From an uncultured delta proteobacterium (GTDB lineage: Bacteria > Myxococcota_A > Polyangia > Polyangiales > Polyangiaceae): a stretch of DNA of 64,000 nt. Location of the stretch: positions 672,001-736,000 of the forward strand of contig CAWJCS010000003.1 of assembly GCA_963841435.1 (NCBI GenBank), given 5' to 3'. The translations under genes and the position numbers were made by a program. Of the stretch, positions 33,719-43,213 are shown piece after piece. Under the pieces are notes generated by a model, which saw nothing but the letters and a program-made list of their open reading frames with translations, ran no database searches and was not told the DNA's origin. Every line of letters begins with the position of its first letter. Within the stretch, counting starts at the first letter, position 1.

Positions 33719-35047
33719 CTAACCCCCGAGGGGCGTCAACGTGATGTCTTCGCTGTGGCTCGAGCAGAAGGTGTCGACGCAGCCGTTGCCCTCCTCCGTC
33801 AGCGTGAGCGGACCGCCGTCCTCGCCCGTGATCAGGTAGGTGCCGTCGCCGGTCAACGAGAACCCCCCCGCCGAGCCACTTTCCGTGAAGGTGCCCGAGC
33901 GTCCGTCCGCATCCGGGACGTAGCTCAGCACCATGGAGCCGCCGTCGATGACCCCGTCGAGCGTGAACGGCTTTTTAAGGTCGTCCACGGTGCCCGAGAT
34001 CATGATGCCGTCGTTGCCCCCGCTCGCCGAAAAAGCTTGAACGCAGACGGCCTCGGCTCGCTCGCGAAGGCTCGTCAAACTCGCGCTCGGTGGGTAGGCG
34101 AGCAGCTGCCGCAGGCGCTCCCGGCTAAGAACGTAGGTGATCAAGATTCCGGGATCATGGGCGCTCTGGCATTTGCGGATCGCCTCCATTTCGCAAAGGC
34201 TGCCCTCCGTCAGTGCTCCGTTGACCGCGGTCGATGCCAGGTCCGAAGCCGGGAACGCGAGGTGCTGGCGCACCGTTTCGTATCGGAGCGCCGTCTCGAC
34301 GGCCGCCTGCGTCGCCGCGCAGCTCGATCCCGCTTGCTCCACCCGTGGCTCGACCACTTCGTGCTGCCACCGGTCGAGCAGGGCGGTCAGCGCGTCGACG
34401 ACGTCCGAGATGTCGTCTCCGAGGAGGCTCCGCCGGTGACCGTCCTCGGCGACCGCATCGACCTCCGACTCGATGCTCGCCTCGGCATCGGCGGCGCCTT
34501 TCAAGGCCAGTTCGGCCTGCTCGCCTTCGCTCGGGGCCGCCACGCTGAAAGCGCTGAAGTGCGCGACGTAGACCGTGGGCGTTTCCTCCGCAAACACGGG
34601 CAACGCTGCCGACACTTCGGTCCCTCCGCCGGTGATGTGATAAAAAAATCGCTCCTCGGCGGGAATTGGCTCAGGGGCGTCGATCGAGAGCTGGGCCAAG
34701 TCGTAGAAGAACAGCCCCGACGGCTCGAACGTCACCGTCTGGGACGCGAAGGCGAAGCTCGTGATCCTCGTCGGTATCGCGCGGATCATCGTGGTGGAAG
34801 GGAGCGCAGCTTCGGGCACGGTGAGCGTGAAGACCGTGCCGTCACCCGCAGTGGCGCTCAGCGTTCCGCCGTCGTACCCGATGGCCGCCTCCTCGGCCGA
34901 CGTTGGGTCGAGCACGAGCGAAAGCGCCTCGCCGTCGTTTTGACCGCCCGCACCGTCGGGCGCGCTGCCCGCGTCACCGCCAGTGCAAGCCAACAGCGTG
35001 AACGGTGCGAGCAGGCCAAGCGTCTCGAGGCGGAGTTTGGTGAGCAT
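33719..35047 (-). CDS. Lipoprotein with ZU5-like domain (HFS motif), helical middle and beta-rich C-terminus
   Basis: Lipobox LLAC; IGYDGGTL..LTVPEAAL..FEPSGL..VAHFS. Confidence 0.8.
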   Translation of the reverse strand: MLTKLRLETLGLLAPFTLLACTGGDAGSAPDGAGGQNDGEALSLVLDPTSAEEAAIGYDGGTLSATAGDGTVFTLTVPEAALPSTTMIRAIPTRITSFAFASQTVTFEPSGLFFYDLAQLSIDAPEPIPAEERFFYHITGGGTEVSAALPVFAEETPTVYVAHFSAFSVAAPSEGEQAELALKGAADAEASIESEVDAVAEDGHRRSLLGDDISDVVDALTALLDRWQHEVVEPRVEQAGSSCAATQAAVETALRYETVRQHLAFPASDLASTAVNGALTEGSLCEMEAIRKCQSAHDPGILITYVLSRERLRQLLAYPPSASLTSLRERAEAVCVQAFSASGGNDGIMISGTVDDLKKPFTLDGVIDGGSMVLSYVPDADGRSGTFTESGSAGGFSLTGDGTYLITGEDGGPLTLTEEGNGCVDTFCSSHSEDITLTPLGG

Positions 35048-35287
35048 TCGTTCAGGCGAACACGGCGAACAGCCAAAGAGCAAGCGCTTCGCGCTTTTCG
35101 CGATCGAAACGACGAAGTCGGCGGGCGTCTTTCGGACCTTGCTCGCGTTCGATGAGAGCAGCGTCGAAGCGGGTCCATCGCGCACGCGGAGACCTTGCAG
35201 CTCGGGCACGGCGGCGAGCCCTGCCGGCGCGTTGTCCCGCACCCGAGGCAGAACGCGAAGGGTCGTGATATCCTGGTAAGTTGGGTC

Positions 35288-37438
35288 ATGGCGTCCGTGG
35301 TCGCTGAGCAAGAGGCGGAAGTCGGACTCGTCGCGGAGGTCGTCGCGGCGCTCGACGGCGACGACGCCGATGCCTGCGTCGATGCGGCGGTCGCCGCGCT
35401 CAGGGCCCGAGGGCTCGCGGAGCCCGACGACGCGCGGGAGGCCTGGCTCGAGGCACGGCGGGGCGCGCGCGTGCTCAGGCTGGTCGCTGCGCCCGGCGCG
35501 GAGCTGCCCCCCCCGAGCGCTAGGGCCTTGCTCCATCGTGCGCTCGGCGCAGCGCTCGCGCGCGCTGCCGAGTGCGACGAGGCCCGACGGGTGACCGAGC
35601 GCCTGGACCTGCTCCGGGCGGCGTCGTTCGAAGGCATCCTCATCCACGACGGCGGTGTCGCCGTGGACTGCAACGAGCGCCTGTGCGAGATGACCGGCTA
35701 CAGTCGCGAGGAGGTGCTCGAGCCAGGCCACATGGTGCGCGTCGTCGCTCCCGAGGATCTGCCCCGGGCCCAGGAGCGTATCCGGCAGCGGATCGAGGGC
35801 GAGTTCTTGCTCACGTGCGTGCGCAAGGATGGCTCGCGGATGCGTGCCGAGTTCTGCACCAGGCAGACGCACCTGGGAGACCGACCCCTGCGTGTCGTCG
35901 CCATTCGTGATGTCACGGAGCGTGAACGGACTGCCGAGCTGCTCCGCGAGAGCGAGGCACGCCTGAGAAGCATTCTCGAGGCCACGTTCGACGCCGTCGT
36001 CGTCAGTCGTGACGGCAGCGTGGTGGACGTGAGCGAAGGCGCGCAACGCTTCTTCGGACTTCCGCGACAAGGGTTGATCGGCAGGCGGGTGCTGGACCTC
36101 GTCGCGCCCGCCTGGCGCGACGACGTGTCGCGGCGCCTCCGCGAGCAGACCATGGGCGTGTCCGAGGCGGAGGCCGTCGCCGCGGGCGGGGAGCTCGTAC
36201 CCGTCATGGTCGTCTCCGTCACGGCGACCGCGAACGGCGAACCGGTTCGCGTCGCCGCCATCCGCAACCTCGGGGAAGCGCGGCAGCTGGAGCACGAGCG
36301 CCGGCAACTCGAGCTCCAGGTGGAGCGGAGCCAGCGCCTCGAGAGCCTCGGCGTGCTCGCGAGCGGGATCGCGCACGACTTCAACAACCTCCTGGTCGGC
36401 GTGTTGGGCAGCGCCGAGCTCCTCCTCGAGAGACTCGAGGCACCGCATGATCGCGCCCAGGCGGAAGCGATCCTCACGGCAGGCAACCGCGCGGCGGGCC
36501 TGACCAAGCAGATGCTCGCGTACGCGGGGCGCCGGAGCCTCACCACGACCGAGCCCGTGGATCTCGCGGAGCTATGGCAGGAGCTTCGCACCCTGCTCAG
36601 CGCCGCGCTCTCCAAGAAGGCCGAGGTCGATCTCGAGCTCGCGCCGGACAGCGTGGTGCGGGGCGAGCGCTCGGCGCTGATGCAGGTGTTCATGAACCTG
36701 CTCACCAACGCGAGCGACGCGCTCGAAGGCAAGCCGGGACGGGTCTCGGTGACGACCGAGCGAGTGCGCGAGCCGGGCGCAGGCTGGAGCCGAGCGCTGG
36801 GGGCGCCCGTGCAACCGGGGAGCTGGGTGCTCGTGCGGGTGAGGGACACCGGCATCGGGATGGACGAAGCGACGCAGCGGCGCATCTTCGAGCCATTCTT
36901 CTCCACGAAGGCTCGCGGCCACGGGCTCGGGCTCGGGTCGTCGCTCGGCATCGTGAAAGCACACGGCGGCGCGATCCTCGTGGAGAGCACTCCGGGCTCG
37001 GGCAGTACCTTCTCCGTGCTCTTGCCCGCGACGGAGGCCCGCGCGGAGCTGCCCGCGCGGGAAAGGGCGGCGGCAGCGCCCTGCCGCGTGCTCATCGTCA
37101 ACGACGAACCGCTGGTCCGCTCCCACATGCGACGCCTGCTCGTCGAGCACCGCTACACGGTGGAGGACGTCGCGAGCGGCAACGCGGGGCTCGAGGCCAT
37201 CGAGCGGTGCCCGCCGGACGTGGTGCTGCTCGACATGATGCTACCGGACCTGGACGGCGTAGAAGTCGTGCGGCGCCTGCGCGCCTCGGGCGTGAACGTG
37301 CCGGTGGTGCTGTGCTCGGGCGATCTCGACGCCGCCAGGGAGCGGGGCCTCGAGCCAGGCCTCGTGGAGGGCATGCTGCAAAAGCCCTTCGACGGCGACC
37401 AGCTGCTCGAAGCGATCGCCCGGGCTCGCGGCCGCTGA
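35288..37438 (+). CDS. Hybrid sensor histidine kinase (2 PAS, HisKA, HATPase, REC)
   Basis: GIAHDFNNLL, QVFMNLLTNASDA, DTGIGM, FEPFFSTK, GLGLG, VLLDMMLP. Confidence 0.95.
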   Translation: MASVVAEQEAEVGLVAEVVAALDGDDADACVDAAVAALRARGLAEPDDAREAWLEARRGARVLRLVAAPGAELPPPSARALLHRALGAALARAAECDEARRVTERLDLLRAASFEGILIHDGGVAVDCNERLCEMTGYSREEVLEPGHMVRVVAPEDLPRAQERIRQRIEGEFLLTCVRKDGSRMRAEFCTRQTHLGDRPLRVVAIRDVTERERTAELLRESEARLRSILEATFDAVVVSRDGSVVDVSEGAQRFFGLPRQGLIGRRVLDLVAPAWRDDVSRRLREQTMGVSEAEAVAAGGELVPVMVVSVTATANGEPVRVAAIRNLGEARQLEHERRQLELQVERSQRLESLGVLASGIAHDFNNLLVGVLGSAELLLERLEAPHDRAQAEAILTAGNRAAGLTKQMLAYAGRRSLTTTEPVDLAELWQELRTLLSAALSKKAEVDLELAPDSVVRGERSALMQVFMNLLTNASDALEGKPGRVSVTTERVREPGAGWSRALGAPVQPGSWVLVRVRDTGIGMDEATQRRIFEPFFSTKARGHGLGLGSSLGIVKAHGGAILVESTPGSGSTFSVLLPATEARAELPARERAAAAPCRVLIVNDEPLVRSHMRRLLVEHRYTVEDVASGNAGLEAIERCPPDVVLLDMMLPDLDGVEVVRRLRASGVNVPVVLCSGDLDAARERGLEPGLVEGMLQKPFDGDQLLEAIARARGR

Positions 37439-37485
37439 GCCTCGCCTCGGAAGGAGCCCCGCTCGGGGAAGCGCCGCAAAGCTCG

Positions 37486-38430
37486 CTAGATTTCGTAGCC
37501 GAAGCCAAGAAACAGGGACGGGCAGAGCGGCGGGAGCACGAGGCGGCGCGTCGCATCGACGGTGACCTCGCGCCGAGCGGGGAAGAGTCGCAGGTCAACG
37601 GCGGGCAGCAGCCAGGCACGGCCGAAGCGCACGGGTCGCGAGAGCTCGGTATCGAAGGAGACGACCGGCAGCGTCGTGGGCGTACGCACGACGAGGTTCT
37701 GTCGGGGCGCAATGTTGAGGACGCTGATACCGACGCCCAACGAGCCGCGAAGCCCCGTCGAGCGCTGCTCCTCGAGCGCGCTGAACGCGAAGGCGTGAAG
37801 CTCGTTGGCGCGAAACTCATTCGCCGGCCCAGGCGCGGTGAGCCAACCGAACGCCGCGCCCACCGACCAAGGAGCCCAACGCCGTTCCATCGCGAGCCGC
37901 GCCCCATAGCCGATCGCATGCTGCCAGAGCTCCCCGAGCGCGCCGGCTCCGATATCCCATCGAGACCCGCGACGCTTGGGTGCGGGAGGACGCGGCTCGG
38001 GCTCGCGGGGCGGCGGAACCACTGCGACGCTCGCCGCACGACGGGCAGGAACCGGGGAGGGCGGCGGAAAGTCCGCGACCGCTCCTTCGCTTCGATGCTC
38101 GAGCGCCGCGAGGGTGCGTTCCACGGCGGCCAACAACGCTTCGCGCGGATTTTCATCGGTCAGCGCAAGCACCGTCGATTCGTGACGCGCACCGGCGACG
38201 ACGCGCACGGTCGCGGTACCGGCGGCGCAGTCGATCCGCACGGTCAAGTTTCCCGCCGCGGTCGTCAGGAGTGTCGCGCGGGTGCGCGCTTCAACCTGAG
38301 CGGCGTCGTCGGGCTTGAGCGCGTCGCACGTGATGCGCACGGTGTCGTCCTGCGCCGCCGCCCCGCGCGCTCCCCCGAGCAACGCCAGAACGATCAGCCA
38401 GGCGGGCCGGTGGACCTCATCGTTGGGCAT
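37486..38430 (-). CDS. Putative outer-membrane protein (N-terminal Cys-pair domain, Pro linker, C-terminal beta-barrel)
   Basis: Signal peptide ending AAA; amphipathic strands; ends LFLGFGYEI. Confidence 0.7.
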   Translation of the reverse strand: MPNDEVHRPAWLIVLALLGGARGAAAQDDTVRITCDALKPDDAAQVEARTRATLLTTAAGNLTVRIDCAAGTATVRVVAGARHESTVLALTDENPREALLAAVERTLAALEHRSEGAVADFPPPSPVPARRAASVAVVPPPREPEPRPPAPKRRGSRWDIGAGALGELWQHAIGYGARLAMERRWAPWSVGAAFGWLTAPGPANEFRANELHAFAFSALEEQRSTGLRGSLGVGISVLNIAPRQNLVVRTPTTLPVVSFDTELSRPVRFGRAWLLPAVDLRLFPARREVTVDATRRLVLPPLCPSLFLGFGYEI

Positions 38431-38494
38431 TCCAGCGTGAGCGAGCCTATGGCACAAGCGCCGGGTCGACCAAGCGGGGTGTGCCACCGCTCAG

Positions 38495-38506
38495 GACACC
38501 GGTGTC
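38495..38506. promoter_or_regulatory. Perfect 12-bp palindrome GACACCGGTGTC in the divergent promoter region
   Basis: Lies between the OMP and ECF sigma starts; neighbouring inverted pair TGGCACA (38450) / TGTGCCA (38480). Confidence 0.3.
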
Positions 38507-38529
38507 GGCACACTAACTGGAAGCCGAGC

Positions 38530-39045
38530 GTGAACCCCGTCCGTGATCGTGAACTGTTCGAGCTCGTTTACCGCCGCATGCGAATTTTGGTCCCCGCGAA
38601 CGCCCCCGATTTCGAGGACCTGGTGCAAGCGGCGGCCACCGAGGTGTGGCGCTCTTTGCCCGGCTTCCGGGGCAAGAGTGAGCTTGGCACGTGGATCTAT
38701 ACCGTTTGCTACCGGGTGCTCGCGAATCATCGGCGCTGGTGGCAGAGGTACCAACTGCGCTTCAGCATCGGCGTCGAGGATGTTTTTGCGAGCGACGAGA
38801 AGCTGCCGCCCGATCTCCTCGACGAGCGCGCGCGCGTCGAGCGCCTCCGCACGTTGCTCGGGCGCATGAGCGACAAGTACCGCGCCGTCGTGGTGCTTCA
38901 CGACCTCGAGGGCTTCACGATCCCGGAGATTGCCGGCATCGTCGGGGCCAACGCGCTCACGGTTCGCTCGCGCCTGCGCGACGGCCGCAAGCAGCTCCGC
39001 CGGCTGCTCGAGCTCGACCCCGCGCTAGTGCTCGAGGAGGCATGA
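38530..39045 (+). CDS. ECF-type RNA polymerase sigma-70 factor
   Basis: Region 2 EDLVQ...FRGKSELGTWIY; region 4 RAVVVLHDLEGFTIPEIA...TVRSRLRDGR. Confidence 0.92.
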   Translation: MNPVRDRELFELVYRRMRILVPANAPDFEDLVQAAATEVWRSLPGFRGKSELGTWIYTVCYRVLANHRRWWQRYQLRFSIGVEDVFASDEKLPPDLLDERARVERLRTLLGRMSDKYRAVVVLHDLEGFTIPEIAGIVGANALTVRSRLRDGRKQLRRLLELDPALVLEEA

Positions 39046-39046
39046 A

Positions 39047-39769
39047 GTGATGGGCCTAGACCCGAGCGACGAACTGCCGCTCCCCGAAGCGGTTTGGGAC
39101 CTTTATCGGCGGGACGAGCCGGATCCTCGCGCGATCCAGGCCGCCTACCTGCGCTTCGCCGCGCGCCGCCCCGAGCCGCTGTCCGCCTTCAGGCTCCTGC
39201 GCTGGCTCGTCGCCGGTTTCGCCGCCGGCTGGGGCGTCGCCTTCGCGGCAACCGGCGATCCGCTGTTCGGCGCCGGGCTCCGCCGGGACGTTCCGGCTCC
39301 GGTCGTGGAGGCACGCGCCAGCGTGCGTACGTACGCGCCGTCGCCTGCGTCCGCACCCGCGACGCAAAGCGCATTTCCGCCCGAGCTGCCCGCGCCGGAG
39401 CCAAAGCCCCCGAACGGAAGCGCGCATTCTGGCGGTGCGGCCCCGCAGGCCGTGCTCGAGGAGCCTCCTACGATCGACCCGAAGTGGCAGCGCGCCGCGG
39501 CGGCGCTCAGGGCCCGGGACTACGAGGCGGCGGAGGAAGCGCTGCGCGAGGTCGAGACGGCCGGCGCACCGGCAGACCGCGACGCGGCGAGCCTCGCGCT
39601 CGCCCAGGTGCTCCTCACTCGCGGTCGCGTGGTGGAGGCTCGAGCCAGGCTCGAGCGCCTGAGCATGCATGCGGGCTCGGCGCTCGTCCGGGAGAAGGCA
39701 ACGACGCTGCTCGCTGAGCTTTCGTCACCCGGGGACCGCTCAATCGCGACGCCTACGGTGCCTCAATGA
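39047..39769 (+). CDS. Putative anti-sigma factor (short cytoplasmic N-terminus, 1 TM, Pro linker, TPR-like C-terminus)
   Basis: Directly follows the ECF sigma, RBS GAGGAGG; TM WLVAGFAAGWGVAFAA; TPR-like AAAALRARDYEAAEEAL. Confidence 0.7.
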   Translation: MMGLDPSDELPLPEAVWDLYRRDEPDPRAIQAAYLRFAARRPEPLSAFRLLRWLVAGFAAGWGVAFAATGDPLFGAGLRRDVPAPVVEARASVRTYAPSPASAPATQSAFPPELPAPEPKPPNGSAHSGGAAPQAVLEEPPTIDPKWQRAAAALRARDYEAAEEALREVETAGAPADRDAASLALAQVLLTRGRVVEARARLERLSMHAGSALVREKATTLLAELSSPGDRSIATPTVPQ

Positions 39770-42322
39770 GCATGGGACACGTCACTCGTCGTGTGGGGTC
39801 TGCCGCCACGGGCCTGGTCACCGTCGCGCTTTCTTGCAAACCGATGTCGGTCGAGCTCGAGCACCAGCGCTCGGCCGGCGGCGCGGCCGACACGGGGGGG
39901 TTCGGCGGGGCGGCGAACGGTTCGGGAGCGGGTGGCACCTCGCCGGCGGTATCCGGCGGCGGAGCCAGCGGCACGAGCCAAGGGGGCGCCGGCCCGGGGA
40001 TCATGGGTGAGGCCGGCGCTCCCTTCGACGGGGGTGGAGCAACGTGTGGCGACGGTGTGCTCACCGACGTGCGCGACGGCCACGACTTGCTGCCGGGTTA
40101 CGGGGAGCCGCCCGACCCGCACGTCGCGGCCTGGATCGCCGACATGAGCCTTTCCGCTCGGATCTCGCAGATGCAAGGCGTCCCCGTGGGCAATCGGGAC
40201 TACAACGACATTCAACGTGGGCAGGACGCAACGCTATCTGGCAGCACCGTCGTGCGCGGATACAGGTACCGAAACGGCTCGCGCGGGCTGAGCCTCAAAG
40301 AGGGGCAAGACAACCGTCCGAGCGACGCCAACAACTTCGCCACGGCGTTCCCCGCAGCGTCAATCCGGGGGGCCTCGTGGGACCTCGATCTCGAATGGCG
40401 CGTCGGGGAAGCCATCGGTGACGAGACCGCGGCCTCGCAAAACAACCTGTTGGTAGGTCCGAGTTCCGAGCTCGTACGCCACCCTTATTGGGGTCGCGCC
40501 CAAGATGCCTACGGTGAGGACGTGTATCACGTCGGACGGATGGGGACGGCGTTCGTCGCAGGCGTACAGCAGCACGTGGGCGCCTGCGCTCAACACTTCG
40601 TCGGCAACGCGGTAGAAAGGGAGCGCGCAAACGACGATGCCGTGGTCAACGAGCAGAGCCTGCGGGAAATCTACGCCCGACCGCTCGAGATGCTCGTGGA
40701 GGACGGCGGAGTCGCGTGCGTCATGACGGCGTACAATTCCGTGAACGGAACGCCCGCGAGCCAAAACTCGCATCTCTTGCGTGACATTCTCAAAGCACCC
40801 CTCAGTCAGGGTGGTTTCGGCTTCCGAGGCTTCGTAATCTCCGAGTGGTGGGGCACACCGGGCGGACAGAACCTGGCGGACGACTCAACCGCAGAAGACA
40901 ACGCGACGGCTCTGGCGAGCGCTGGGCTCGACGTCGAGCTGCCGTGGATCATCAACTACGGATCCCTCGCCGACGCGGTGGACAGTGGCCGCATGCAGCC
41001 GGACGTGATTACGGACGCCGCGTCGCGCGTCCTCGAGCAGAAGGCTAGGTTCCACTCGGCGCTCACGAGTGACGGTTGGGGGCTCGAACCGAGCAGCTCC
41101 GCCTTGAGCGGCGCGTCGATCGCCACGAACGAGGCGCACCTCGAGCTTGCCGAACGAGCCGAGCTCGAATCCGCCGTGCTGCTCGAAAACGGCTCCCCTG
41201 ACTCTCCCGTGCTCCCCATCCCCGGGAACGTCCAATCGATCGCGGTGATCGGCGCGGACGTCCCGTTCACCCTCGTTGCCTCAATGGTGCCGGCGAGCTG
41301 CGGGAGCGGCGGGCGGTCTTGCACCTTCCAGTTTGCGACCGACGTGGCGCTCGGCGACCGAGGCACGAACGGAGTCAACGCCGATCCCGACGAGTCGGTG
41401 GGTCCGTTCGCGGGCATCTCGGCCGCGGCGGCCGCTCACGGCGGCGTCGAGGTCACGCACGAAAGCAGCGCCGCTGCCGGGGCGGACGCGGATCTGCTCG
41501 TCGTGGTGGTCGGCCTCACGCCGGGAGACGAGGGTGAAGAATACACGATCACGAACGGCGGCGATCGCTCGAGCTTGGCGCTGCCGGCCTCGCAAGAAGC
41601 GCTCGTGAACGACGCGCTCTCGCTCATGAAGCCGACCGTCATTGTCATCGAGTCGGGGTCGATCGTCGGGGTCCCATGGCTCGACCACGAAAATCGGAGC
41701 CAGGCCACGATCTGGGCGGGCTACGGCGGCATGCGGGCGGGCGCGGCGCTCGGCAAGCTGCTCTTCGGCGACGCGAGCTTCAGCGGCAAGCTGCCGCTCG
41801 CCTGGCCTGCGGAAAGCGTGCTGCCCGCGTTCAAGGACGGTAACACCGCGTCGTTGGAGTATTTCGTCGGTTATCGCGAGTACGACCGCCGAATCGCCGC
41901 CGGGGAACCGGTGGATCTCGCCTTTTCGTTCGGCCACGGGCTGAGCTACACGACGTTCGGCTACGAAAATCTGGTTCTGCCCTGCACGGAAGTGACGCGT
42001 AGCGCCGTCCTCGACGTGACCGCGGACGTCACGAACACGGGCTCCGTGAACGGGGACGAGGTCGCTTTTCTGTTCGTTGCGGGTCCGGGCGCCGCAGAAG
42101 AACCGCGCTCGCAGAGGGAGCTCGAGAGCTTCGCACGGGTGTCCCTTGCACCGGGCGACGTGCAAACCGTGCACCTCCCCCTGCGCCTCCGAGATCTCGA
42201 GCACTGGAGCAGCACGACGCACTCGTGGGTCCTCGACCCTGGTGAGTACACGGTCTTCGTCGGCTCGAGCGCGGCCAGCCAAGAATCTCACGCTCAGCGG
42301 CACGTTCACGGTGCCTGGCTGA
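39766..42322 (+). CDS. GH3 beta-glucosidase-like lipoprotein with substituted active site (frameshift near 42284)
   Basis: Lipobox ALSC, TAFP, RHPYWGR..YGED, MTAYNSVNG, FGHGLSYTTF, Fn3-like end; SEW in place of SDW and QH in place of KH. Confidence 0.92.
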
Positions 42323-42377
42323 GCGCGGCCGGTGAAGGCGACTGCGACGCAGCCTGTCGCCGAGGTCTGGTCGGCGC

Positions 42378-43046
42378 TCAGAACAGGATGTTGAGGCCGG
42401 CCGAGACGTACGGAAAGCCGATGCGCACGGTGGCGCCGATGTTGTCGGAAAACATGAAGCGTCCGCCGCCCCAGAACACGAACTCGACGCCGGTGTCGGA
42501 ATCGCGGTACTCGCAGATGGGGCCGCTGTCTCCGTTGCACCACCACTCCCAGTTCCAGCGCCGATGCACGATCGCGAGGCCCGGCTCGCCGAATACGCTG
42601 ATCATCTTGGTCAAAAAGAAGTTCCACTGGACGACCACGGGGGCCCAGAATTCGGTCGCGCTGCAGTTCGCCGTCTGGAGCCACAGGTTGCGGTCGTAAC
42701 GACCCCACCACCAGCCGCAGTCGTTGTTGCCGAAGGTGATGTCGAGGCCGAAGCCGATGGCCATGTTGTTGTTGATGCTCGGGATGGGACCGTTTCGCAG
42801 AAACGGCACGTTCACGCGCAGGCCGGGTCCTATGCCGTCGCCACCCCCGAAGCGGTCCGACCACTGAAACGCAAAGTGAGGCTCGAGCTCGGTGCTGTAG
42901 CTCGGATGGGCGTTCGGCTGCTTGATGACCGATTGAGCGTGTGCCGTGGATGGCGCGACCAACGCCACCAACACGGCCGCGCAGACGAGAGCGAGCACCG
43001 ATCGCGTGACGCTGATCCGAAGTCCCAAGGTCCGTTCGTTTCTCAT
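42378..43046 (-). CDS. Small outer-membrane beta-barrel protein with Trp/Cys-rich loops
   Basis: Signal peptide ending AHA; alternating strands; terminal Phe (YVSAGLNILF). Confidence 0.8.
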   Translation of the reverse strand: MRNERTLGLRISVTRSVLALVCAAVLVALVAPSTAHAQSVIKQPNAHPSYSTELEPHFAFQWSDRFGGGDGIGPGLRVNVPFLRNGPIPSINNNMAIGFGLDITFGNNDCGWWWGRYDRNLWLQTANCSATEFWAPVVVQWNFFLTKMISVFGEPGLAIVHRRWNWEWWCNGDSGPICEYRDSDTGVEFVFWGGGRFMFSDNIGATVRIGFPYVSAGLNILF

Positions 43047-43213
43047 GCAGAAGGCCCCTTCACGAGTGCTCGATGGTGGCGAGCCGGCCCGGCGCCGCGT
43101 GGCCCGGCGGCCAACGTCGTCGTTTGCCACGCTTTTTCGACAAGCTCAAGCCGCTTCACGGTAAAGGGATGGCCCCCAAAGGAGCGCGCGACGCGCGCAG
43201 GAGGCCGTGCATC

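Noticed and set aside
35175-35289. Minus-strand CxxC...CxxC peptide (FCLGCG...CPSC) between divergent genes
   Set aside because: No RBS or sensible ORF end; could be chance or an unidentifiable remnant.
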